Of a DNA stretch of 64,000 bases, positions 1 through 14,091 are shown piece by piece. The stretch's first letter is position 1. The number at the start of each line of letters is the position of its first letter. The stretch lies in assembly GCF_009914755.1 (NCBI RefSeq), contig NC_060927.1; one strand, 5' to 3'. The position numbers and the translations under genes are program-made. Under the pieces are notes generated by a model, which saw only the letters and a program-made list of their open reading frames with translations, was not told the DNA's origin and did no database searches. The stretch is from the human T2T-CHM13v2.0 reference genome, Homo sapiens.

Positions 1-641
1 CTAGGTCTGCGCACCATGGGCAGTGAGGTCTGCCTGCAGGAGGACCAAGGAAAGAGTCTCAGGGCCTGCCTGGAAGGCCCAGGTCCCTCTGGCCAGGGAA
101 TTACATTAATTGGAGCTTGGTCTAGAAGGGGTTCTGGGCTCTGGGAAGGTGTGTCTTCTTGGCTTAGGGCAGGGGCACAGTCAGAGGAGGGCCAGAGTTG
201 GGCCTTCTGTGGCCCCCGTAGCCTGAGTTACAGGGAGGAGAAAAGAGGGAGAATCCTTCTGTCCCCTCTCCCCAACCCTGTGCCTCTGCCTGGATAGGAG
301 AGAAAACCTCCACCCTCATCCATCTGCCTCATTTCCCCATGGATGGAGAATTGCCGGTCTAATATTTCAGAACCCAGGACACTTATTCATGGGCCATGTT
401 TTAGTAGTGGACAAGCTTACTGTGCCTTAAAGCTTAGGGTCTCTGTAAGATACAGCTTTGGTGATTGTGTTCTCCTGCGGGGCAAGCACACCTGGGCAGC
501 ATACCGCCTGTGACTGCACCTGGGTGTGAAACTCAGGTTGGAATCATATCCACTTTAGATTCAGGGAGGAGAGAGCATGACGCCTCCTGACTTGAGTTGG
601 CTAGGATTAGATACAGCCTGTATCTTGAATACCTCCTAGTA

Positions 642-817
642 CAGTGGTTCTCAAAGGGTAGCCCTCCAACCATCATCATCATCCCTACCTAGAATGCAGA
701 TTCTGGGGTCATACGACAGACCACCTGGATCAGAGGCTGGGGGATAGGGCCCAGCAGTCTGTGTTTTAACAAGTTTTCCAGGTGATTCTGTTCCAACTGA
801 AAGATTGAGAACCACTG
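642..817 (+). mobile_element. MER5A hAT-Charlie MITE
   Basis: TIRs CAGTGGTTCTCAA / TTGAGAACCACTG; internal GGGCCCAGCAGTCTGTGTTTTAACAAG...CCAGGTGATTCTG. Confidence 0.9.
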
Positions 818-822
818 CTCTA

Positions 823-1146
<324 letters not shown>

Positions 1147-1151
1147 GAATA

Positions 1152-1467
<316 letters not shown>

Positions 1468-1479
1468 GGATATAGCTTG

Positions 1480-1848
1480 GTTTATTCATGTGCTGGGGCT
1501 GCTGTAACAAAGGACCATGGACTCGGTGGCTTAAACAACAGAAGTTAATTTCTTGACAGTTCTGGAGGCTGGAAGTCTGAGATCAACATGTGGGCAGGGT
1601 TGGTTCCTTCTGAGGGCTGTGAGGGAAGGAGCTGTTCCAGGCCTCTCTCCTTGGCTTGCGGAGGGGCCTGTGTCTTCACATTGTCTTCCCTCTAGGGACA
1701 CCAGTGGGATTGTATTGGGCCCACCTTAATTCTCTCATTTTAATGACCTCTTTGAAGACTCTATCTCTAAATAAGTTTATGTTCCGAGGTACTGGGTGTT
1801 AGAATTTCAACATGTGAATTTTTGGGAGGCACAATTCAGCTCATAACA
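1480..1848 (-). mobile_element. MLT1B-like MaLR LTR
   Basis: GCTGCTGTAACAAA...GTTCTGGAGGCTGGAAGTC...CACAATTCAGCTCATAACA. Confidence 0.85.
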
Positions 1849-2488
1849 CTTGAGAAACCGGGTCACATAAAGATTTCTGTTTTTCTTTCCATTCCCCGTT
1901 TGTGAGCTTCTAGAGGTCTTCCTTGTTTTTCTAGTGTCTCACAAATTGCCTAACAGTCTTTCAATAAATGTTATTTAAATTGATTGACTATGGATGGACG
2001 CTTATCGATGTTTAATGAGGTTATAATCTTAAAAAATTTTTTGTGTGTGCAAAGTACACTGCCCTAGACTTCATGTGGTCCCAGGCCTTTTACAAGCAAG
2101 TCTGATGGACACTGATTGGATGAGGTCCTGTGGTAGGAATCTACCTCATGTTGCTGTAGATTTCTGAATTGCTTAATCCTCCTTTCTGCTTTTGTGCAGT
2201 GTGCATGTAGAGTGGGAGAATTCATCTGGGGCCACCAAAGAGGCTTGACGTCTCAACACCCTCAGAAACTTGTTTCTTCTTTTGTGTCTAAGAGTTTTTC
2301 AAAAGAAAAAGAAGAAAAGAAATAGCGCTGCTTCATTCAAACATAGTAAAAGATTCTAGGTGTTTGTATTTTTAAGCACTCAAAGCGAGACTGTAATAAG
2401 CAGATAATTGTCATTGAGAGGTATCACACTTTATTTGCTAGGGATTTTCTATTGTTGCTTTTCCACTTAATAGACAGTGGAATTACAA

Positions 2489-2502
2489 GTTGCTATGGAA
2501 AC
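2489..2502. promoter_or_regulatory. RFX X-box motif (candidate)
   Basis: GTTGCTATGGAAAC fits the near-palindromic RFX consensus and lies in non-repeat DNA. Confidence 0.45.
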
Positions 2503-3229
2503 CTATCCATTGCCAGTGCTGCCTGGGCCTTAAAGACACAGAAGCCACATTTTGTTTTATTCCATAGAGCTGACATTGTTATAAAACAGAGCAGAGCAAA
2601 GTGAATGGTGAATTAGACCAGACATCCTGCTTTCCCCTGTTTCCTCTTCCCTCCCCTCTGTGGTTTCTGTGTTTACCAGGCCCCTGAATTAGCCCAGTGT
2701 TAGAAATTGTATAATTTGGTTTCTGGAGTTCTTTCAAGAAAACAACTGCGTATCTGTCTCCTATGCAGTTTTGTGACTTTTGTTGCTGACACGCTGTGGT
2801 AGTTGAGAAACTCTGGGGATGGTTGGCACATAACGCAGTTAATCAATTCCCGCTCAAATCTGAGGTTTGACAAATGATAAACTTCTGTCATTTCTGTGAC
2901 CACACTTCTTTCATTCAGGTGGGACATCAAAAGAAGGCCTCAAAATAACAGAAGACTGAATCTCAAGTCATTTCCAATGGAGGGGAAGCCAGAAGGGCCT
3001 GGCAGATCTGGGATCCATCCTAGGCTATGCCAAGAAAATGAATTAGCAGCTCAGCTTGAGGAAACACCGGAAATTCTGGCAACTGCCCTAAATGGATTTT
3101 CTCACTCCTTTGAGCTTTGCCCACAGCCACTGAACGCATTATGTTACAAAGCTAATTATATAAGATTTAAGAGCCAAGGGAAGGCTGATTCATTTGATAA
3201 GCTAATTTCAGAGCGTAACTTGAGCCTGG

Positions 3230-3568
3230 ATGCATGCGTTGCTTAACAACAGGAATACTTGTTGAAAAATGTGTCATTAGGCGATTTCATCCTGTAAACA
3301 CCACAGAGTGTACTTACCCAAACCTAGATGGGATAACCTACTACACACCTATGCTGTATGGTATAGTCTATTGCTTCTAGGCTGCAAAGCTGCATAGCAT
3401 GTTACTGTACTAAATACAGTAGGCAGTTCTGACACAGTGATAAGTATGTGTGTCTAAACATAACTAAATATAGAAAAGGTACAGTAAAAATATGGCATAA
3501 TCTAATGGGACCACTGTCATATATGTGGCTTTTCATTGATTGAAACATCATTATGTGGTGCATGACTG
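3230..3568 (-). mobile_element. Tigger3a (MER7A) DNA transposon
   Basis: Terminus CATGACTG + TA; internal CAAACCTAGATGG...CTACTACACACCTA and AGAAAAGGTACAGTAAAAATA. Confidence 0.9.
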
Positions 3569-3940
3569 TACTTCTTGGAGGCATGAGAAGTTAAAGAATA
3601 AAACAAAATGTACCCTTAGCTATAGACATTGCAATTACCCTAAGTTTGCTGTCTATGAAAGTTTAGGTTTTAATGGGATATTTCTATTTGTAGTCTCACT
3701 TAATTTTTCAGACTTTAGACCATTGTTTAGTGCTGATTTTTATGGCTACTTTATGGGAGCGAGGACTTTCTTTTTTGGAATAAGAAATGCTTTATTTTAT
3801 TCGGAAGGTGGGATCAACTAATGAAACATTGTTATCCACCCTGGCATTGGGGTGATTTTGGCTTTACCCTGTGACTTCTTTGAGAACTCAGGACAATCCT
3901 AGAGCTTCTCGGGTAACCATGTTTATAAAAGCATCCATTT

Positions 3941-4220
3941 CCGCACTTAGGGAGGCTGAGGCAGGAGGATCACTAGGAGTTCAAGACCAGCCTGGGCAAT
4001 ATAGCAAGAGCACCGCCCCCTCCACCCCCACTGCAATCTCTCCAAAAAATTAAACAAACTAGTTGGGCATGGTGGTGTGCACCTGTAGTCCTAGCTACTC
4101 TGGAGGCTGAGATGGGAGGATTGTTTGAATCCAGGAGTTTGAGGCTGCAGTGACCTATGATCACATAACTGCACTTCAGCCTGGGCAACAGAGGAAACCC
4201 TGTCTTAAAAAAAAAAAAAA
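3941..4220 (+). mobile_element. AluJ, 5'-truncated
   Basis: J diagnostics GGAGGAT, GAGGCTGCAGTGACCTATGATC; poly(A). Confidence 0.9.
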
Positions 4221-4314
4221 AGGATGAAAGGATGAAATGATAACGATAATAGGAATTCAGACTAGGGAGGGACCTTAGAGGTCATTTATACTCAGTCCCA
4301 GACACATATAATGG

Positions 4315-5272
4315 ATGTTTAGTTTGAGTGCTCCCAAAGCCAATTCAGAGACAAGCAGTTGGCTGCTGGGAAGTGATGCCAGGAAGCAGAAATGAGGGAG
4401 GGAGAAATCCAGAGGGGGAGAGGAGAGCCTGTGCTGGGCCTAATGAGCTGGGTGCCACTAAGGGCATCTGAGCTCAGTCATGTCGGGGACTGCTTGAATG
4501 TGCCTCAGAATTGTCCCATTAAGGGACAAGGGAGTCGGGGTATTTGTCCACTGACTCTGTCTCTTATTGGCTAAAGCTTACCTCTGTATGCTGAGCCAGT
4601 TCCCACTTACCAGAGAAACCCTCAGGCTGAGAAACAGAGAGACCTGGTGTTCTGTGTGGCTGAACTGGAGCCTGGAATCAGCCCAAAAGTGGCAGCAGGG
4701 GAATTCCTGCAGGCAACTGCCCCAAACTATCCTGAGATGGGGCTGGATGGGATTCCAAAGAAAGAAACACTAAATGCCAGGGTGATCAGTGCAAACACTT
4801 ATTAGGGGAACTTATGTATGGAGGGGGCTGCAGCGTGTCCGCTTGACAGACAGTGAAACAAGATCTGTCTAGGTATGTCCATAACATGCAGATCCAGGTA
4901 TGGAGTTTATATGTGGGTCTAAGGAATTCTGTTTAGGGATGGGGGCTACTTTCTACATGTTTAGCAACATGTTTGTTCTTTTCGTGGTTCAGGCAACAAC
5001 CTAAATTAGTTTATCAGTGTCTGGGAATATTTAAGGCCTGGCTTCGGTTCAAGCCTGCAGGAAAAAATATGCAGCTGGCTGGTCACACAGCAGTTAAGGC
5101 ACTTTGTATTTCTTGGCCAGGACAAAGGAAAAACTGGAAGGAACAGGGGATGCTACACTTGGGGACCTGAGGTAGGAAGCTGTCAGCAGTCACAGGAACT
5201 GTCCACCGTAGTTGCCATTGAACTCAGACATGGACCAGGGTGATATAGGACAGGGCAGCAATAGCGTCTGCC
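4315..5272 (-). mobile_element. LTR16-family (ERVL) LTR interrupted by LTR47
   Basis: TGCCTCAGAATTGTCCC...GGGGTATTTGTCCAC; resumes after 5162 up to AATAGCGTCTGCC. Confidence 0.65.
4648..5157 (-). mobile_element. LTR47 solo LTR nested in LTR16
   Basis: TG..CA ends; GGGATTCCAAAGAAAGAAACACTAAATGCCAGGGTGATCAGT; 5-bp TSD cctgg/cttgg. Confidence 0.8.
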
Positions 5273-5329
5273 TTTGTGGTTAACTTCCAATGACATAACG
5301 CACTTAAGTGATAGTATTTATAGTGATAG

Positions 5330-5856
5330 TGATGGTTTTAAAGTCTTATCTGTAAATTCTTGACACACTTCCCCTTAAGAGGAGTTTCTTCCCTTGAATC
5401 TAGGCAGGTGTGTGACCGCTTTGGCCAATAGAATATGACAGAAGTGATCTATGTGACTTCAAGGTCAAGTCATAAAAAGTTTTGCAACTTTTTTGGTTGC
5501 TGGGACACTTGCATTTAGAGCTTTGATCTGCTATGTCAGAAGTCAACTACCTTGAGACGGCCATGCTGGCGCAGTCATAAGTAGGCTCCCTGGTCAGCCC
5601 CAGTGGAGCTCCCAGTCAATGGCTAGCATCCACTGCTAGCTGTGTGGAGGAACTATCTTGGATGTCGGAACCTTCAATTATCTGCAGCCTCAGCTAACAT
5701 CTGACTGCAACCTCTTGAGTGACCCCAAGTGAGAACTGCCCAATCCAGCTCTGTCTGAATTCCTGACCCACGGAATTTGTGAGCAAAGTAAAGTGATTGT
5801 TGTTTTACAGTTCTACATTTGAAATATGTTGTTATGCAGTTACAGTAACTGGAACA
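5330..5856 (+). mobile_element. MLT1G-like MaLR LTR
   Basis: GCTTTGGCCAATAGAATATGACAGAAGTGA...AATTCCTGACCCAC...TAACTGGAACA. Confidence 0.8.
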
Positions 5857-7559
5857 CTTAATATACAATTTCCAGGATTCTGGTGGTAATAGTATCTTTC
5901 CTCCCTAATCTAGGAAATGCTGGTAAGAGTGGCATTTTTGTAGGGATAACTTCTAATCTGCTTTAATTCATATTTGAAAAATAAGTGATTGAAAAGCCTT
6001 TATACTTGCATGTTAGCAACATCTGATGTGATACTTTTCACAAATGATGGACAATGCAATCTATCCACACCTATCCTTTTAAATTTATTTTTACTTAATG
6101 CTAATGCACAAAATCTTTTTTTTTTAAAATCTTTAAATGTAAGCACTTCCCTTTTTGCACAGCCAGTTCTCTGAGACACTGTCAGTCTTCAAAACTGTTC
6201 CTTTCTAGTGTCACTAGCTCATTTGCCCAAGCATGGAGCTTCAGCTACCAGCACCGTGATGGACGTGCAGGAGAAACACTCACATAACATCTTTTGGGAT
6301 CAGGGTAGCCTGTCACTTTCCAGAGGAAGCCCAAGAAGCTCAGGAGGTAAAGGCACTCTCCTGAGCTTGCATTAACAAGCTTTTCCAGTTGTACCATTAA
6401 CAATTCTCCACCCGCCCCTTGGGGATGCTGCAATAATAGGAGACACTATTTTGCAAAGGGCTTTGGGAAGAGTCTGGTAGCACCTTGTATTCATACTGTG
6501 CCCTTTATTTCTTTACTGTGGAATTCTCCACTGTCATCCCATTCCACTCAGTTGCTGAGAGACTTGCAAGATAGTATTGATTGTTTCTTCATAAAGACAC
6601 CATTTCGTTCTATTTATCCAGAGCAGTTAGAGTCAAGGACAAAAGAGAGAGGGGAAGAACTTGTTTCACTAATCTTTCCATCATATGAATATTAAAACTT
6701 TTAAGAACCTGATATTCCAGGTGAGGAGTCAAAAGTATGGCTTGCAAATTTTGGGACTCTTTCAGGGGCTGGGAAAGAAAATTCCCTAAAATTTTAGCTT
6801 CAGAATCATTTAGGCCTTGAAATAACTCCTACAAAAGAGAATGTCAGTGTCATACATTGTAATGCACTGAACTGAATGGAGTGTAAATACATTCAATAGC
6901 ACAAGGATTCCATTTTCCTTGATCATACGCTTGGGTTTAGAAATGAAGGAAAAAAGCCTTAAGAAAATATGTTTCGGGTTTTAAAACTGTATAATAGTAG
7001 TTAAAAAGAATTTCAAAACCCCAAACCATTCCAGACACCAGATGAGCTCAAACTCCTGCCATATTTAATCATTTCTACTACAAACTCCTAAGGCTGATTT
7101 ATTATCTGCATCTTGCATAAGTTGATAATAAATCCTTTCTTATGCCAATGAGAATAAATATTTTGAGATGAAAAATGGTCAGTCTGATGATTTTCCCTGG
7201 ATCTGAGTGAATCATAGAGACTGTACGGCTGGCTTCAGAAACTGACTGTTAAAATGATCCTAAAAAAGATTTAACTTGGAAGTGATCAATCCAGAGGCTG
7301 CATATAGATAAATCTTCACAGATTCTCAAGTGGCTAGACTTCAACATTCTATGGGATCCACAAAATACAACTTCACATCTTCTGTTGACAGAACACTGTA
7401 AACATTCTGGGCAATTCTGGGACATGAATTTGATCCTTTTAAAAATTTTTTGAGACTACTTTTGGCTAACTTAACCCATTAAAGTAAGAGTGTAAATTGG
7501 TGTGTGTGTGGCGTGTGTCTATGTGTGTATTTATGTATTCCTGCCTCACCTCAAAACAT

Positions 7560-7690
7560 CAGTTAGCTTGTTCCTTTATCTTACATTTCCTGTGAACTGG
7601 AAGTTAGATCTGAGTCTTGATTAGATTCAAGTTAACCGTTTAAGGCTATAATATATAATAGGTGATGTTTCTGGTTTATATGGCATTATA
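7560..7690 (-). mobile_element. L1MC-type fragment
   Basis: TTTCCTGTGAACTGGAAGTTAGATCT...TTGATTAGATTCA. Confidence 0.6.
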
Positions 7691-8117
7691 GCTATTTATT
7701 TAGCTAACGATTCTGAAGGTTGTTCTTTAATTTGGGCTGGGATAAGCTGGGAAGAGCTTCTGGTCCAGGTTGAGTTTGGATGGTCTTGGATGCACTTGCT
7801 CATGTGTCTCTAGTCAGCTGATAGTTTGGCTGGGTTGACTGACCATGGGTTCGGCTGAGATGGCCAGTCTTTCTCCATGTGATCACTCACTCTTTCCCAT
7901 GCTAGCTCATTCTCATGGCAGCTCAGGGTTCCATGCATGAGAACAGACGCATGCAAGGTTTTTTGAGGTATAGGCCCAAGAAAATCTCAAGGCCAGTCCA
8001 GATTCAAGAAGGGGAGAAAAACACTTTACTCCTTGATGGAAGGAGTTACAGTGTCACATTACTAGGGTGTAGGTACAAGGAGGGAAAGAATTGGCGGCCA
8101 TTTCTTTCATCTACTAC
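7690..8117 (-). mobile_element. MLT1 (H/I-like) MaLR LTR
   Basis: AGGCCAGTCCAGATTCAAG...CTTGATGGAAGGAG...CTACTACA. Confidence 0.7.
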
Positions 8118-8217
8118 ACCTGGGTTTGTAATTTTTGTCAGTGCATGATTTCTCACCTTGTGTAAGGACCACTGACAGGAAAATGTCTCAAGCTACTGTT
8201 GAAAATGTAAGTTTCCG

Positions 8218-8646
<429 letters not shown>

Positions 8647-8848
8647 TCAGCTGGGACGTCAAGTTACAGCTGATGAGCTTTTTCCAAAAATTGTCGGGCA
8701 GGTTTTAAGGATTAGAGAAAATGTTTGTTGAATAGCTAGAACAGTTCTTAGCACATAATGGGCGCTAGAGATGATGACTATTAAATATTTAGAATTATTT
8801 AATCAGTATTCTTCAAATGTATTTTGAATACCTACAGTGAAATATATC

Positions 8849-9161
8849 TTTTTTGTTGTTGTTGTTTTGTTTTGTTTTAAAGACTGAGTCTCTCTCTGTA
8901 GCCCAGGCTGGGGTTCTATGGTGCAATCTTGGCTCACTGCAACCTCTGCCTCCCAGGTTCAAGCGATTCTCCTGCTTCAGCCTCCTGAGTAGCTGGGATT
9001 ACAGGCGCCTGCAAGAACGCCCGGCTAATTTTTGTATTTTTAGTAGAGATGGGATTTCACCATATTGGCCAGGCTGGTTTCAAACTCCTGACCTCAAGTG
9101 ATCTGCCCGCCTTGGCCTCCCAAAGTACTGAGATTACAGGTGTCAGCCACCACACTCGGCC
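8849..9161 (-). mobile_element. AluS
   Basis: Reverse Alu dimer with (TTG)n tail. Confidence 0.95.
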
Positions 9162-9356
9162 AATATATAGGTTTTTTAAAAAAACGTGTATGTTTTTTTC
9201 CCCCTCAAGGAGCCCTACGGTTTTTTAGGGAGAAAGAGAAGTAGACAACTGAAATACAGTTTGATAAATGTTTTCACATGATATTAATAAACTGCTATCT
9301 ACAAGTTTTTATTGAGCACCTATTCTATGGAGGACATTTTGCTGAGTTTTTAGTAG

Positions 9357-9674
<318 letters not shown>

Positions 9675-9869
9675 TAAAATAAGCAGTTTTAAAAATACTT
9701 TGGGTTCTTATAAATAATGTACAATGACTTCAGCAGCATTGTTGGGGAAGGAACAATATCCAGAATGTTACACCAGTCAGTCATTTCTGAAGAATCTGTT
9801 GATGATAAAATGGCCCATTATTTTTTCTGCTGCTAAACCAAAGGCACTATGACCTGCTAATTCTCATTT

Positions 9870-9888
9870 ACTCAGCAGGCGGCGCTCC
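9870..9888 (+). promoter_or_regulatory. CTCF-like motif (candidate)
   Basis: TCAGCAGGCGGCGC, 2 mismatches from CCAGCAGGGGGCGC; CpGs retained in AT-rich unique DNA. Confidence 0.4.
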
Positions 9889-10943
9889 AGCACCAGGGAT
9901 TGCATTGAAAGTGACAATTTAGTGAAACAAGGAGGTTTTTGGTTAATGTTTGTTTTTCAGGCTAAAAAGGAAAGCCGTTAGGAAAAATAAACAGTTTATC
10001 AGGCATTGCGACAAAGACACTTGAGGGGAAAGACAAGCTGTCACTTCAAGGACAGGAAGAAAAATCCCTGCATCTGTAGAATCATCAGATGCATGACTGT
10101 CTTGTTAAAAAAATGATGAAATGAGGAAGGAAGGAAAAGCATCTGAGATAAAAGAGAAGATTAAAAAAATGGAAAACAATTGAAATCATCTGCAAGCAAG
10201 GATGGAGGAGTACCGCCCTGGGAGAGGGATGTGGAGGAGTGTTGCAGCAATTGGAAAAAATGAAAACAACTGGAATATAATTGGGACTCATTCTAAGTAT
10301 TCAGATGTACCATTTTCTTTAGATGCCAAATCTGCATAATTGGTTTCAGCTGCCCAACCCACACCCAGTTCTTGTTTTGTAACTTTCAATAGTTTGAGGT
10401 CTTCAGCACGTAAACGTTTGCACCTAATGACAAGTGCCTGGTTTCTAAATCAAAATTGCCTTATAGTTTCCAAAAATTTCAGGTCAGGAATACAGGACAG
10501 CTGAATTAGTAATTAAACTTTAGTTAAAGGGATTGGAATAGAAACAGCTAAATTAAAAGAAAAAAGTATTTATTGTGAAAATGGTTGGATTTTTGAAGGG
10601 TCACTTGTGCTAACCTGCTATTGGGATTAGGGATAATGCTTCCAATTTAGGCTTCACTCTCTCTACTTGGCCATTAAAATAGTTTTCTCAAGAAGAACTT
10701 CTCTACATTTATCTTTCTGTATCACATAAATAGCTTAGCTAGTCTTTTTTCTGTAACGTTTTTAATGTAACACCATTTTACTTGGTTTACTCTTTCCTGG
10801 AGAGAGATTTAATCAGAATAAGTTAATCTGAAGGCACTCTATAAAACAAAAGAGAATGAGCAATTGTTAGATTGATTGTTTAGACCTAGCCACAGTCTAT
10901 GTAATATATGAATTAAATTGATGCAATGAAAGAACTATCATAC

Positions 10944-11128
10944 AAGTGGTTCGGAAACATTGGTGTGTATCAATGGTGCCAAACTTTCTTAAAACATAGA
11001 TTGCTGGGTCCCACTCTCAGAATTTCTGGTTTAGTGGGTCTGGGGTGAGGTAATAAAATGTACATTTTTAACAAATTCTGGGTGATGCTAATGCTCTTGG
11101 TCCAGGGATCTGATTTTGAGAACCACTG
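10944..11128 (-). mobile_element. MER5A
   Basis: AGATTGCTGGGTCCCAC...TGGTCCAGGGA...TTGAGAACCACTG. Confidence 0.8.
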
Positions 11129-11264
11129 ACATACTTTTGCAGAAAAAGTTTTCTATTTGATTTGGTTATGGTTATGGCTTTGGTTTTCATCCTCCTGCAG
11201 TTATATATGGTCAGAATCAGATATTTAATGAATGGAGGAGGAGGAAGAGGAGGACCAAGTGGGC

Positions 11265-11490
11265 AGATATTTGTTGAACACCTGGTATATACTTGCTTCT
11301 ATGGCTCTTTACATTCTTAATCTTCTCACTTAATCTTCCCCATGACTGTACAAAGTATGATTTGTTCTCCCACTCAACAGATGTAGAAACTGAGTCTTGA
11401 AGAGGTTGGGAACTTTTGAAAGGCAAACAGCTAGCTAATGGCTAAGCTGAAAATTAAACCCAAGTATGTTGACTGCAAAGGTGGCACTAC
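11265..11490 (-). mobile_element. MIR
   Basis: Core ACAGATGTAGAAACTGAG...ACAGCTAG. Confidence 0.75.
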
Positions 11491-11539
11491 ACAAGAGGAC
11501 TTCAAAATGTTCACCACAGTTTGATTCATTGAATTTCAC

Positions 11540-11720
11540 AGATTTCAGTTCAAATTGACTTTACTTGACTGACACAAGCAAGTTCCTTAATTTGTTGTCC
11601 AGTTTCCATTTCTAAAGAGATATGTACCTGTCTTTCAGAACTGGTCTAAGGATTAAGTAATGAATTTGAGGGTGCTTGGGTATAGTTGCTGGTGCATAGT
11701 GAGTGCTCGTTAAAGCTCAG
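11540..11720 (+). mobile_element. MIR (degraded)
   Basis: CAGTTTCCATTTCTAAA...AGGATTAA...CTGGTGCATAGTGAGTGCTC. Confidence 0.6.
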
Positions 11721-12698
11721 CTCCCTTTCCTTTCTTTAGAAATGCAAGTATTTAATTCAAGTTCATCTTAGAAATAAATGAGAAAACTATGATTAGGACA
11801 GAAACACTCAAATTCTGGCTTGTCCCAGGGACTTTGAACCACCTTAGTGGGAGGAAGGCAGCCATTCTGTTTGTCAGTTAACGGGACCTACATTAGTCTT
11901 CCAAGTTTCTCCAGAAGAGCCTACTTCTACCTTTGTCCCATGTCACCCAGCCCATCTGATGGTAGTGGGTGCCTGTCCTGTGCAACCTGTTCTCACCAGT
12001 GCAACCAAAAGAAACTGGACATACTCCAGAAGGCTTGTGTATTTCAATACTCTCTTGGCTTGGAATTCTATTGCCTTCCCACACACCTTCACTTGGTAAT
12101 TCCATTATCTCTGTTATTTCTGATTCTGTTTCTATTGACTAACTTTTCTCCTGGTTTGAATCAGATTTTCCTACTTCTTTGCATGTCTAGTAATTTTTAA
12201 ATTAGATGTCGACATTATGAATGATATTTCGTTGAGGGTTTGGATTTTGTTGTCTAAGTAGTGTTGAAGTTTGTTTCGGTGGGCAGTAAACTTACTTGCA
12301 GATCAGCTTGATTTTTCTCTAGGCTTGATTTTCAGCTTGTTAGGTCTGGTCCAGAGTAGCTTTTACTCTACCACTAAGGCGTGACACTCTGGGGTCACTC
12401 TGAATGCCCTTGTATTCAGTGAGTCCTCTCTACTTTGGCCGAGAGGAGATCAAAACATCTCTCAACCCTAAATGGGCTCTGAGAATGTTCATCTCAGAGC
12501 TACCTGAAAGTTGTCAAGTTGTCTTTTTTTTTTTTTTTTTTTTTTTTGGCTTCATGGAGCTTTGCCCTAACTGTGTATGGCTTAGTATTCAGTCAAACAC
12601 TTGAGGAGAACCTTGCGCAGATTTCTGTAAAGTTTTCTCTGTATAGCTCCCTCCTCTCTGGTACGCTGGCCAATAAATTCCAGCTACCTTAGCCTCCC

Positions 12699-13088
12699 TG
12701 TGTTAGTCAGGGCTCACCAGAGAAACCAAACCAATAGGATATACAGAGATATATAAAAGTATATTTATTATGGGAATTGGGTCACACAGTTTTGGAGGCC
12801 AAGAAGTCCCGTGATATGCTGCCTGAAAGCTGGAGAACCAGGAAAGCCAGCAGCATAGTTCAGTCTGAATCCAAAGGCCTGAGAATCAGAGAAGGCAACT
12901 GGGTAACTCCCAGCCCAAGTCTGGGAGTGAGGCGGGCATTGGTATCAGTCCCAGAGTCTGAAGGCTCAAGAACCGGGAGCTCTAACGTCCAAGGGCAGGA
13001 GAAGGAGAATGTTCCAGTGAGAGAGAGAGGAGAGACACACACACACACACACACACAGAGAGGAGAGAGAGAGAGAAAGACACACACA

Positions 13089-13128
<40 letters not shown>

Positions 13129-13340
13129 ATTGCCGTTCTTTCTTTCATCTTTTTGTTCTATCAGGGTTCTCAATGGATTGGATGATGCCCACCTCAGTGG
13201 CTCTTCTTTACTCAGTCTACTGATTCTAATGCTTGTCTCTTCTGGAATCATCCTCACAGGAACAGCCAGCAATGTTTTTACCAGATCCCTGGGTATCCCT
13301 TAATTCAGTAAAGTTGACACATAAACACTTAACCATCAAA
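12699..13340 (-). mobile_element. MLT2B-like ERVL solo LTR
   Basis: TGTGTTAGTCAGGG...AGTTGACACATAA..TTAACCATCA; perfect 5-bp TSD ctccc. Confidence 0.9.
13019..13128. repeat. Compound (GA)n(CA)n microsatellite
   Basis: Alternating GA and CA tracts inside the MLT2. Confidence 0.95.
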
Positions 13341-13759
13341 CTCCCCAAATGCCTATCTTTGTCTACTCAACTCAGTGAGTCTTCCAGGTTCTATCTGGGT
13401 TCCTTTCCCTCTGCCAAGGTCCATGAATGGCCTCCAAGCAGAAACCTAGGGCAATTGTAGAGAGGGTTCCCCTTGTTTGTCTCTCTTCTCTCAGGTATCA
13501 CAGTCCCGCTCTGCCTGGGGCCAACTATGTCATATATTTTGCCCAGTTTTCTAGATGTTTATAGTGGGAGGGTATGTCCTGTACCAGTTACTACTCCATG
13601 AGTGAATGTAGCAATCTGTATACCTTCATTTGGTTAATTCCTACTTGCCTGACTTTTAAGGTGCAATTCAGCCACCATCTCCCTTGGGACACTTTCTGGG
13701 TTTCCACCAGTTTGACTTAAGGGCTCCTTCATCTGCTGAGTTATGCTTCCTCCTTTTCC

Positions 13760-13885
13760 CCCTGACTCCACAGAACCGTAAGCTTCTTGAGGATATAGAT
13801 TGTAGTTTCTCAGCATCTTCAGCCTCTAGTGTGGCACTTAGAGCATAGTAGGTGCTCAGTAAATGCTCATTGACTAAATGGATAA
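13760..13885 (+). mobile_element. L2 3' end
   Basis: GTAAGCTTCTTGAGG...CATAGTAGGTGCTCAGTAAATG. Confidence 0.7.
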
Positions 13886-14091
13886 AGTACATGGAATTGT
13901 GCCAGATTCTAATTTTTTGACTTTAAGATCTATCAAGGGTGCTCCTCATTCATCCTCTACTTACAAGTCCTCTTTCCTGGTCTCTCAAACATAAGAAAAA
14001 GTTACTGCATACCCTCCCCACAACCCTACCCATGGCTTGTACAGGAAATATGGAGGAAGTCTGCTTGCTCTAAGTCATGTTTAAAAAAACT

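Larger units (their letters stand above)
12110..13620 (-). mobile_element. Ancient L1ME segment split by MLT2
   Basis: T-rich old-L1 sequence continuous across the LTR insertion. Confidence 0.55.

Noticed and set aside
16-297. 93-aa ORF with good Kozak context (gcaccATGG)
   Set aside because: No recognisable domain or homolog; compatible with a chance ORF in GC-richer DNA
2918-3246. Acceptor-like ttcattcag with a 116-aa frame
   Set aside because: No convincing donor, no recognisable protein, and the frame runs into Tigger3a
9886-9906. REST/RE1-like CAGCACCAGGGAT
   Set aside because: The right half-site (GGACAG..CC) is not matched
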